Assembly (NCBI GenBank): GCA_013239625.1
Contig: MU053347.1
Span: forward strand, 92,132 to 156,131
Length of the DNA: 64,000 nt
Origin: Lama guanicoe
Lineage: Eukaryota
Reading direction: 5' to 3'
In this document: piece by piece, positions 53,801-64,000 of the stretch
Numbering within the stretch: position 1 is the stretch's first letter
How the letters are laid out: every line of letters begins with the position of its first letter
Notes under the pieces: model-generated
What the model saw: only the letters and a program-made list of their open reading frames with translations
Database searches by the model: none
What the model was told of the DNA's origin: nothing
Translations under genes and position numbers: made by a program

Positions 53801-56746
53801 CTCAGGATCATCAACCAATATGTGAGATCCGAGAACCAGGAGAGACTCACGCAAATTCATCTGGACTCCCCGAGGAGGCGGATGGGTACAAAGGGCCACT
53901 GCTGGTACCAAGGCTCCGGTTACTCGGAGAGTTGAGGTGGAGAGAAGTCTGCTCTGGGTCCCTTCATGGTGTCCAAATCTGTTGACTGAAATACATGTGC
54001 AGCCTAAAATTTAAGAGTTATGTTTTATTAGGTGGGAAGACTCGAGCTGGGATGACAGCCTCTCAGATCTCTCTGAGGGAGTGCTCGCAAGACGTTGAGG
54101 ACGACCTAGGATATATAGGAGCTTTACAACAAAGACCAGGTTGTTGGAACAATAAAAGATTGCTTGTTATCTAAAGAAAGCCAGGTATCTCAAGTACAAG
54201 AATTTAGTGCTTTTGTATGTATGGGAGGAAGCAAACATTTGGTCTCACTGAATTCATTTCTTAGACAAGCACCTAGCTATCGAGGGCCAGTATCCTGTCC
54301 TATCTTATTCTGAGTCTGCTCAGAGGGCACCATTGTGAGTGGCTGCAGAGGCTGGGCTGTAGGCCTGTCCTAGCTGGGGTTTGGCGGCAGCCTTTAATGA
54401 CTTGGATTCAGCATTCTTTGTTTACTGACATTGTTGCAGTATTCTCATTCACATTGTAATATTTTCATTCACGGACTGATTATGAATAATCTGCAACCTT
54501 GGAAAGCAACCGAGATGGAATTACTGCTGGTACCTTCTACATTAATAAGCCGTGTGCAAATATAAACATGGAAGAAGCATACATTTGGATTTGGTGGTGT
54601 AGGGAAATGTTTCTTCACATTACAGGAGAACGCAAGGCAGAATTCCTTAAGTCCACCTTTCTTTACTGTAGTGGTTTCTGAGGACAGTTTATGGTCATTA
54701 ACCAACATTGATAAAAGGTGGCACACATTGCATTTAAGAGCTGGCCGGCTGTAAACTTGTGCATTGGACCAGTGGAATTCATAGGCAAGTGGTCAGGTGG
54801 GTGGGAGAGAGATGGAGCCCAGGCCTGGGCCCAGATTCCGGTTTAAATCGCCATTTCCTCAGCATAGGGCCTTGGGCTAGAATGTAACCTCTCTTAACCT
54901 GTTGGTGAATCTGTGAAATAGGAATGATAATATTCGTGTGTTTCTGGGATTGGTGTAAGTTCTAAAGAGTATTATAGCACACATGAAGCACTTAACACAC
55001 TGGCACTTAGCAGTGCTGACTGTGTGCGGCCGCCCGGCTTAGCGTGTGTCAGATCCGTAAAGGCAGCATGTGTCTGTTGAGGATGCACTGGTAGCCCCTT
55101 GAATAGGTTGTGAATTTGGTGATTTCCTTTAATTCTTGTAACTCTATGTGCCATGGGCAGTTATTTTCATGGACAGATGAGGAATCTCAGGGTAAAGAAG
55201 ACTGTGTAATTTGCCCAAAGTCAGACCATAATTTTGGGTGCAGGGGCCTCGGTTCAGCATGGGCCCCTGGGCCTTCTGCCCTCTCCGTTCAGCACCAGAG
55301 CCAGATGTGGGGTTGGCTGTTTCCCTGCCCAGACCGGCACAAGACACACCTGGCCCTGTGCTGCTTGAGCAAAATCTCCGGAGGAGAGGCAGTTACAAAA
55401 GTGATAAACATAAAAACAGACGACTGCAAACTGTGATCAGCTCTGAGAAGGACAGGAACAGGCTTCGCTGTGCAGAGCTGGGAGCTTTCCCGTTGGGGCT
55501 GCTCTGGGGGCGTTCATCTCAGCTAAACAATCTCTGCTGCTGCACCAAAGCAGGAAGGCAGAGCGTGTGTGGCCAGGTAGACAGGGCCTCGTTGATCATA
55601 CTCATTCCACATTAAGTGGCAGCTGTCACGGGAACTTACCTAGTAAGCAGATGTCGGCAATAATCATCACGCACTTTGCTTGGTAGTTTTATTGGCCCCA
55701 GCTTTGAGATGAGGTCATTGAAGCTGGGGAGTGTGCTGCATGCCCGTGATTACCTTGGAAATACCCCACTGGTCTTTCAACCTAGACTGGTGTGGCTTTC
55801 ATGTCCCAGCTCTGTGAATGGCATCGTGTAGCTTCTCCCAAGTGGCCCAAATGGCTGACATTGATATGCTTAATTCGTAGGAAATGGTATGTGGCAATAA
55901 GAGAAAAAGGTAGTAAGAAATTGTATGGAAAACTAGAAAAAAATCCAATTCTTCCCCAGCTGGGGGAGCGTACCCTGTGTCACTCACCCCACTGACTGCT
56001 TGTCACCTACTCCCTACCGACTCCGCGTTCAAAAGCCACTTTCGGCCTTTGAACAACATTTTGCCTCATGAGACTGTTGACTAGGACCTCTGACCTCTTT
56101 GTCCCTGGTTAACTCTCTCTTCAAAGCCATTTAAATTTCTTGCAGGCTCCTCCACTCAGATGTAAGAATAGCCTCTTTAAACTTTTTGATGCAGCTCCTT
56201 AATGAAGACCTTCGGAGGAAACCCAGCCAAAACCTGGGAGGTATGCACACAGTGACTGCAACCACAGCACTTTGTGAAGTTCAGAATCAGAGGGGTGGGT
56301 GACTCAGGAAAGGCTTTTTTAAGGTAACAAGGGGAAAGTGAAAGGACGCAGGCTGTGTGAGAAAGAAACATCTCCGTCCCAGCCAGCAAGGCACCTGCGT
56401 TCAGGATGGTGTGTGGAGAGTGCAGAGTTCTCACTAATAAAGAAATAGTGGGATGGGAGGGAGGACAGTTTGGTACCTTACTGGGGAGGGAATAAGTGGG
56501 TTGAACATTTCCTGGTTGAACAAGAGGATTGTGACATGATGTGCTTGTATTTTGGAGAGAAGGGTTTTGTGGGCACAGGCCGAGGACTACGCTGTCTGGC
56601 TGGGGAGTCAGCACCACAGAGAAACACAGAACGGGGCAGACCCCAAGGCCCATGCTGGGGGAGAGGCTGCCCGCCAATTGGGGCCCTGGAGGCTGCTTCT
56701 GTCCCTTAGCTGGGGCCTCCGAGCTCCCTTCACAACCCAGTCCTGT

Positions 56747-57369
56747 TGATACAAGAAGAAAAACGTGGGGCATGAGTAGGGTTGTGTCCCAGGCTTTGGT
56801 TGAGCCCCGGGGGTGTGCCCCACCAGATTTTGTTCCTTGGCTTCATGCAGTAAAGAATTCAAGAGCAAGCCAGTGTTGAGTAAAGGTAGATTTATTTAGA
56901 GAGATACATTGAAAGGCAAGAGAAACATCACTATGTGTGGGGGTTTGATGCTCAGATTAAAAGTAGGTACACACTCCACAGACTGAGTGTGGGCCTTCTC
57001 CGAAGAGGGAGAGAGTGGTGACCGCGAGGTGGCGCTGTGTTGCTTGTTTTCTTGGGCTTTGTGGTTTCATATGCTAATAAGTAGAAGGACCAGCCTTAGG
57101 GCAAGGGGCTGGTATTCCCAGGGAGTTGGCCATTTGCCACCCTATTACATTTTGTGGCTAGCCTTGGAATTGCCTTGGTGCCTGGGGCCCTGTTATTCAC
57201 CATGTTACTATTATAATGGGTGTTTAATGAAGCTCAAGTTCTGCTAGAAGTTAAATCTCTTCATCCTGAGCCTCAAGGCCTATTGGGGGTTGAATCCTTC
57301 ACCATTTTGTTGTTAATTGCTGTGGCCTTCCTTGAATGGCTGTTCTCTGCCCCCTTCCATCCTGTCTCA
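56747..57369 (-). mobile_element. ERV1 solo LTR
   Basis: TG...CA termini, perfect 4-bp TSD CTGT (56743-56746 and 57370-57373), AATAAA on the minus strand at ~56891. Confidence 0.9.
57019..57037 (+). promoter_or_regulatory. CTCF motif carried by an LTR
   Basis: TGACCGCGAGGTGGCGCTG closely matches the CTCF core. Confidence 0.55.
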
Positions 57370-57542
57370 CTGTGATGACACACCGGGCCCTGCCTGTGCT
57401 CCTGCATTTAACAGTGGGAGGGGTGGGGTGGGCTGAGGATGACTCTGAGTGGTGAGAAGGATGTTTCAGATTTTCCCACGTGAGACATGGGAACCTGCCA
57501 GCAGCCACCGCAGATTTATCTCACGGCAATTATCGCTTGTGC

Positions 57543-57951
57543 TGTTACGGAAACAACAGGCCAGCCAAGAAACAAGCACCACTCAGAGGGTGGGAGTACA
57601 GAGATTTATTATGCCGGCGGGCTCAGAGGGGCTTCTTTTCCAAAGATCTGAGCACCTCCAAGACCTGCACATGAGGTTTTATAGGGTTAATTACAAGTAT
57701 GGGCTATTAGCCAATAAGGCTCAAACACCAAAAAGCAAGGAATCAGTACACTGAAGCTTACCAATTTGGAACAGATCACGTTACTGAAAATTGTTGACCT
57801 TGGATTTATGAGTTAGCTTGTTAGCCCAGTAAACTGACTCTAAACTTCAGATTTACGAGTTAGCCCAGCAAAACTTAGATCAGTAAACCGAATCTTATCA
57901 CACTTAGAATTCTGACTTAGCTTGTTAGCCCAGCTGGGTGTTTACTTCACA
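57543..57951 (-). mobile_element. ERV1-type solo LTR, different family
   Basis: TG...CA termini, near-TSD GTGC/GTGT, minus-strand TATA (ctataaaa ~57677) and AATAAA (~57605), internal repeats ttagcttgttagcccag. Confidence 0.85.
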
Positions 57952-58057
57952 GTGTCACTTATCTTTTCTATTTTTTTTAAGTATTTAATCCAAATTTAAT
58001 ATCAAGGATTTTTGGAAAAGAAATTTCTCTTTTTCTTTTCTTTGGGGCTCTATTGTG

Positions 58058-58153
58058 TGGGTAGGTAATTAGGTGTATTTATCTGTTAGTGGAGGCCCTG
58101 GGGCTTAAACTCAGGACCCCGTGCACGCTAAGCACACGCTCCACCACCCGCCC
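58058..58153 (-). mobile_element. Camelid Vic-1-type SINE
   Basis: ggtaattaggtgtattt...tggaggccctggggcttaaactcaggaccccgtgcacgctaagcacacgctccacca. Confidence 0.85.
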
Positions 58154-58377
58154 CATAATCTTTTTCTTTTTGCTTTAGCTGCCAAGAATCTTACAGCTGA
58201 ATTTCTAGTCGGCCTTCAACACTTGCCCTGACTTCATGGAATCCATTTTTATGAGTTTACCTCCCCCTGGTTTCATTTAAGTATTGAATCTCCATTTTTT
58301 CTTCACTCTCAGATTTGCCTTTTTGTTGTTATGGTTGTTAAGCTGTGTTTAAAAAATTGTTTAATTTCTCTTTTATC

Positions 58378-59009
58378 TGCGGGGGGACACTCATGACCTG
58401 AGGACTGCCGAGCACAGAGGTTGGGCCTAAACTCCCACAGTGCAGGGCGTCAGGCTCTGAGGTTGATCTCTCAAGGACAATCTCTGTCCCGCCACCCCTT
58501 TGAGGAATGTGCCAGATGCATTAAGGCCTGAAGGAACATCCTGAGCTATCAAGTCACTAAGGACCTTTGGAAGGAGAGATGCAATCGGCATGCAAGTTAG
58601 TGATCTTAGCCTGAAGAACAATCACCTGAGATAATAGTACACGAGTCACGATGTTAGCTTAGAGGAACAATGCCTTAGTTTATCATCTTGGTTCCAGGAA
58701 CTCTCAATCTTAGTTTTACGAGAACTGTAAACAATAATGATGTCTGTAACAATATACAAGTTAATGATTTTAGTACACGTTGTTAATGTGCCTTAAAACA
58801 ATACCTTTGCCTACATGCAGGAATGTATGAGCTAATGGGTTAAAATCATATAAATTAACTGCAAGAAATAAACTCGTCGTCCACTCTTGACCTAGCGTCT
58901 TGCGGGCTAGAGTGAGACCCTCTCAACCCCACCTTTTAGTCTTGTCTTTCTTTCTCAGTCCTGCAGCACAGGTTTTCTGGACCTGATCGATTGTCGGCAG
59001 GCTCCGACA
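58378..59009 (+). mobile_element. ERVK/ERV2 (betaretrovirus-like) solo LTR
   Basis: TGCGGGGGG...CTCCGACA termini, 6-bp near-TSD TTTATC/TTTAGC, TATA (~58849) directly followed by AATAAA (58867-58872), i.e. a short R region. Confidence 0.88.
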
Positions 59010-59465
59010 TTTAGCAGGAGGCTGAAAGTAAATAAATATGTAATCAAACAGCACAATTAAATGCTTTTATATATTCTAAGCTGTGTAGTAGTTACTTAAA
59101 AACAGAATTGAATATTAAAGTGATAAGATTTTTACATTATTTTTTAATTTTTTATAAAGATATAGGTGATTTAAAATATGATATGTTTCAGGTGTACAGT
59201 AGATGCTCCATTTATAGTTACTGTAAAACATTGTCTGTATTCCCTGTGTTGTAATATACATCCCTCTAGCGTGTTTACATTACATGTTGCAGTTTGTATA
59301 AGAAAGTTGGGTAACGCAGAGTCTGGGACGTGGCTGTGTCTGACCCAGGTTCACGCTCACCCTGCCTGTCAGAGCTCAGGCCTTCACTCCTTTCTGCAGG
59401 GGAGCGAGTGGAGGCAGCTCTCATCAGTGCTGGCACCACCCTCTGAGTGGCAGTGACAGCAGTCA

Positions 59466-59494
59466 NNNNNNNNNNNNNNNNNNNNNNNNNNNNN
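59466..59494. other. Assembly gap
   Basis: N run. Confidence 1.
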
Positions 59495-59809
59495 GTGCAA
59501 AGTGCCAAGAGCTTTACATGCATTTCTGCATTTAATAATTAAAGCCCTCCTGTGAGGAAGTGTTTTATGTTCTTAATGAATAATACATTTTATTTTGATA
59601 TTGATAGATTTCAAACCTACGGAAAATTTACAGGAGTAGTACAATAAAGGCTTAGATACAGTTCACCTTAAAGTGCACTATTTGGCCTTTTGTGTCTGAC
59701 TTATTTTAGTATAAAGTTTAAAGTTTCATCCATATTGTAGCCTGAATCAGTACTTTATTCTTTTTGTTTGAAAATATCCTTTTCCTTTTTTCTCGTTTTT
59801 GGTCTATAT

Positions 59810-61085
59810 AAAAATATTTTCATTGAAGTCTAGTCAGTTTATAATCTGTTACTTTCTTGTGTGCAGCATAACACCTTCAGTTAAATAGTAAAATTCCTGT
59901 ATTAATTTTCATATTCTTTTTGAACATAAGTTACTATAAGACATTAAATATGTTCTCCTGTGCTATACAGTGTAAGCTTGCTGTTTATTCTATACATACT
60001 CTGTATCTGCAAATCTTGAACTCCCAATTTCTTCCTTCCCACACCCTCTCCCCTCTGGTAACCATAGTTTGGTTTCTATGCCTCTGTGTCTTTTTCTGTT
60101 CTGTAGATAAGTTTGTTTCTTTTTTCTTTTTTTTTTTTTAGATTCCACATGTGAGCGATCTCATATGGTATTTTTCTTTCTCTTTCTGGCTTATTTCACT
60201 TAGAATGTCATTCTCCTGGTCCATTCATATTGCTGCAAATGGCATTACATTATTNNNNNNNNNNNNNNNNNNNNNNNNNNNNNNNNNNNNNNNNNNNNNN
60301 NNNNNNNNNNNNNNNNNNNNNNNNNNNNNNNNNNNNNNNNNNNNNNNNNNNNNNNNNNNNNNNNNNNNNNNNNNNNNNNNNNNNNNNNNNNNNNNNNNNN
60401 NNNNNNNNNNNNNNNNNNNNNNNNNNNNNNNNNNNNNNNNNNNNNNNNNNNNNNNNNNNNNNNNNNNNNNNNNNNNNNNNNNNNNNNNNNNNNNNNNNNN
60501 NNNNNNNNNNNNNNNNNNNNNNNNNNNNNNNNNNNNNNNNNNNNNNNNNNNNNNNNNNNNNNNNNNNNNNNNNNNNNNNNNNNNNNNNNNNNNNNNNNNN
60601 NNNNNNNNNNNNNNNNNNNNNNNNNNNNNNNNNNNNNNNNNNNNNNNNNNNNNNNNNNNNNNNNNNNNNNNNNNNNNNNNNNNNNNNNNNNNNNNNNNNN
60701 NNNNNNNNNNTAGGTTGTCTTTTAGTTTTGCTTACTGTTTCCTTAGCTGTGCAAAAGCTTGTAAGTTTAATTAGATCTCAGTTGTATATTTTTGCTTGTA
60801 TTTCTATTGCTTGAGTAGACTGCTCTAGGAAAGCATTGCTGAGATATATGTCAGATGTTTTGCCTATGTTTTCTTCTAAGAGGTTTATAGTGTCTTGTCT
60901 ACATGTTTAAGTCTTTAAGCCATTTTGAATTCATATTTGTGTATGCTGTGAGGAAGTAGTCTAACTTCATTGATTTAAATGCAGCTGTCCAGTTTTCCCT
61001 ACACCATTTGCTGAAGAGGCTGTCTTTATTCCATTGTATGTTCTCACCTCCTTTGTCAAAGATTCAATGACCAAAAGTTTTGGGC
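59810..61085 (-). mobile_element. Younger camelid L1 3' portion (contains gap 60255-60710) nested in an older L1
   Basis: tgaagtctagtcagttt...ttagattccacatgtgagcgatctcatatggtatttttc...gctgtgcaaaagcttgtaagttt. Confidence 0.85.
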
Positions 61086-61219
61086 CTATTCTTCATAATT
61101 TTGTTTATCCATTCATTGATGGATGGATATTGTTAGTAAATTTTGGCTACTCTGAATGATACTGCTTTGAATATTGATGTGAAAGATTATGTGAGAATAT
61201 GTTTTCATTCTGTTGGCTG

Positions 61220-61362
61220 TACAGTTGACCCACCACATCTGTAGTTTCCTCTTCATGGATCCAGATGGCTGATTGTAAAGGGACTCAAACATCTTTGGAT
61301 TATGGTATCCAGGGTGGGGTGTTCCTGAAACCAACCCCCAGAGGATACTGAGGGATGACTCT
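61220..61362. mobile_element. MER2-like TcMar-Tigger MITE fragment
   Basis: ta-cagttgaccc ... ggattatggtatcc...cctgaaaccaaccccc..ggatactgagggatgact TIR-type ends. Confidence 0.7.
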
Positions 61363-61808
61363 TTATGTAGGAGTGGAATTGCTGAGCCATATAACTCTAA
61401 CCGTTTGAGGAAACACCGGGCTTTTCCAAAGAAGCTGCACCTTTACCGCTTTCCAATGGCTGCGTATTGAGGGTTCCCATTTCTCTGCCTCCTAACCGAC
61501 ACTTGTTATAATCCATGTTTTGATTATAACCATACTAGTGAGTGTAAAATGAGATCTCATTTTGATTTTGATTTCACTAGTGATGCTGAGCATCTTTTCA
61601 TATGCTTATTGACCAATTGTGTATCTATTCAAATCCTTGGCAAATTTAAAAATTGGGTCGATTTTCTTTGTATTGTTCAGTTGTAAGCATTTGTTTTATA
61701 TCCTGGGTACTAGTCTCTTATTAGATATATGCTTTGTAAAATTTTTCTCCTATTCTGCAGACTGTCGTTTCACTTTAATTTTTTTAAACATTAAAACAGT
61801 TTCTTTAT

Positions 61809-61882
61809 AGGGGAGGTAATTAGATTTATTCTTTTTTTTTAATTTTGCCAAGCACGAACTCTATCACTTGAGCTACCCCCTT
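61809..61882 (-). mobile_element. Camelid Vic-1-type SINE, internally deleted
   Basis: ggggaggtaattagatttatt ... aagcacgaactctatcacttgagctaccccc. Confidence 0.7.
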
Positions 61883-63225
61883 CCCCTTTCATTTCACTTT
61901 CTTGATGATGTCCTTTGTAACAAATGGTTTTAATTTTGATGAAGTCCATTTTATCTGCTTTTTTTTTTTTTTATCTCTTGTGCTCTTGGTATTGTATCTA
62001 GGAAACCATAGCCTATCCTAGGACCACAAAGATTTATACTATGTCTTCTTTTAGAAAGTTTATACATTTAGTTTTTACGTTTTTGTCTTTCATCCATTTT
62101 GAGTTAATATTTGTTATATAAAATACAGGGGTCCAGATTCAAGATTCATTTTTTGCCTGCAGATACCCAGGTGTCTCTGCACCATTTGTTGAATAGACTA
62201 TCCTTTCAATGGAGTGTTGTTGACATATTTGTGGAAAACTGACTGTAAATGTAAGTTTCCCCCCTGGATTTTTTTGTTTTGTCTCATAGATTTATGCATC
62301 CAAACTTATGCCAGTACCATAATGACTTGAGTACTATAGATTTGTAGTAACCTTTGAGTGAGTCCTCCAAATTTCCTCTTCTTTTTCAAGATTGTTTTGG
62401 CTGACCTGGTTCCCTTGCACTTCCATATGAATTTTGGGATCAGTTTTTCAATTTTTCCAAAGAAGTCAGCTGGAAATTTGATAGGGATTCCATTAAATTT
62501 GTAGATCACTTTGGGGAGTCTTAACATTTTTAACAGTATTGTCTAACATTCATGAACATGGGATGCCTTCCATATATGTAGATCTTTTAAATTTTTTTTG
62601 GTGATACTTCAAAATATTCAATGTACAAATCTTGTAAAATTTTGTTAAATCTATCTCTCATTTTATTTTTAATGCTGTAAATGGAAAGGCTGAGCTTCCT
62701 GAGGGTGGGACTATATAACAATTTGTTTATTTCTAGGATTCCTACACAGCAAATACCCTAGGTTTATATTTGCTACATAAATATATCCACAATTCTTCCC
62801 ACCCCCGTGTTATAAGAAACCAATACCCAGGTTAAGCTACCTGAACACCTATGTGGAAGTGAGAAATGAGACCTTTGGGTGGGGCTTTGTGCAGATTTTA
62901 CTGAGCGCTTATTCAGAATGGCTTCATCTTAAATTCTTTTCAACAATCCTTTCAGTCTATATAGTCAGATACATTAAGAACATGCCCTTTTGATGTGAGG
63001 AGGAGCTAAGATTATAATTTGCAAATAATTTCTAGAGAGAGTGTTGTACTTGAAACCTAATTTACATCAATCTTTGAAGATTTATGTTTCAGGAGCTTTG
63101 ACTAAAGAACACCTGTCTTTATTCAAAAACGACAACTAAATGCTCAAGCAACATGTAAGAGTTTGAGCAAACTGCCCGCCCCGTAGTGTTGGGTGGCTGC
63201 AGCTATAACTGGGGTCAGCGCTTAC

Positions 63226-63320
63226 CTCTCCAAGTACAATTGTGCTGATCTGCTCAAAGGGTTCGTCCAACAGTTTGTCAGTAGTCTTGGACAAAGTCAT
63301 AAAACATTGATTGAAGGTTG
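63226..63320 (-). CDS. Predicted internal coding exon (95 nt, phase 1 to 0) of an unidentified gene: (x)TFNQCFMTLSKTTDKLLDEPFEQISTIVLGE
   Basis: Acceptor ttgcattccAG, donor GAG|GTAAGC. Only one of three frames is open, the composition is protein-like, and the sequence is non-repetitive. Confidence 0.55.
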
Positions 63321-64000
63321 CTGGAATGCAATATATTCTTATTAATATTAAGTAAGCACATATTGAGTGCTTACTGTATGATGGAATTGTTCCTCAGCCT
63401 CACATGAATATTATTTATCTTAAAACCTCACATATTTCCTTGTTATTCTCACTTTACAGATAAGGAGACTGAGAATTAGTCTTCTCTCTTTTGGGGGGAG
63501 CTCATTATCAATGATTGGAAGTTGTAAGGAAAAAGATATAGAGTCATCTTGAGAAAACATTTTTCTAAGAGTCAGCAATGAATAGGGTGGCCACTGAAGA
63601 AGGTGATCATTGTTCGAGTGAGACAAGCCCTGGGTTGTGTGGAGTCAGCATCCCTGTCCGGGACACGGCACGTGTAGAGCTGCTTGGTGGGTGAGGCGCC
63701 GCGGCCGCGCAGGGAACGAGGATGCTGGGCCATTGGGCTGTGCTCAGGCCCGGTGGGGCTTTCTCCTAAGGGCAGTGGACCGTCATTGACAGATTTTAAG
63801 TAGGGGAATGGGGTGCTCTCGTAGTTCACTTTTGTCTTGTAGAATGCTTGGAAACATTTAGAAGGCTTGGCAGGAGGTGATGAGTCAGAGTAGGGTGGCT
63901 GCGAGCTGTAGCAGTGTTCAATTTTCAAGTGGTTTTCAGTCCCAGGCTTGTGGCTCAGTAGCCGTGTCACTTTGGATGACGCACTCAAGGAAGTGAAACA

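Larger units (their letters stand above)
47786..54473 (-). mobile_element. Two-LTR ERV1 (MER4-group-like) non-autonomous provirus
   Basis: Direct-repeat LTRs at 47786-48275 and 53980-54473, about 24 mismatches in a 200-nt stretch counted by eye. PBS TGGACACCATGAAGGGAC (53975-53958) resembles the tRNA-Arg PBS TGGCGACCACGAAGGGAC. Purine-rich tract at 48290-48276. Flanking GGAC(T) is a candidate TSD. AT-rich interior without long ORFs. Confidence 0.92.
61090..62690 (-). mobile_element. Older L1M ORF2/3' portion, interrupted by a MER2-like element and a SINE
   Basis: Minus ORF 62306-62527 [50 protein letters not shown] is L1 ORF2-like. Confidence 0.88.

Noticed and set aside
56177..56879. 198-aa and 112-aa ORFs
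   Set aside because: They begin or end inside an LTR, have no domain similarity or splice support, and lie in GC-rich sequence.
57780..57935. Short direct repeats resembling a CRISPR-like array
   Set aside because: Irregular U3 enhancer-type repeats inside an LTR in mammalian DNA, with no constant repeat/spacer period.
60151..60814. 207-aa and 194-aa ORFs
   Set aside because: Artefacts of translating through an N gap inside an L1.
63255..63290. LLDEPF as an ABC-transporter Walker B motif
   Set aside because: It lacks the preceding hydrophobic strand and signature motif and the following D-loop (xLD).

Overview
Mammalian genomic DNA, very probably camelid (alpaca/camel) because it carries several copies of the tRNA-derived Vic-1-type SINE. 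It is repeat-rich, has four N-gaps and shows no prokaryotic features. Main content: (1) a CpG-island promoter with an NRF1 site at ~7.8-8.4 kb, preceded by two same-family LTRs in inverted orientation; (2) a degenerate, non-processed copy of the first coding exon of TRAPPC9 (12612-13169, +) with both splice sites intact but two frameshifts and a nonsense codon, probably spliced into a + strand multi-exon lncRNA; (3) two minus-strand exons (63320-63226 and 44682 to ~44150) that splice in frame to give the C-terminus ...TFNQCFMTLSKTTDKLLDEPFEQISTIVLGE/GFKI* of a gene I could not identify; (4) a two-LTR non-autonomous ERV1 provirus (47786-54473, -) with a tRNA-Arg PBS and an integrase remnant; (5) a cluster of solo LTRs with TSDs, plus L1, L2, MIR, MaLR and DNA-transposon fossils. 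Repeat family names come from recalled consensus sequences and their boundaries are approximate. Exon chains are predictions from splice signals only.
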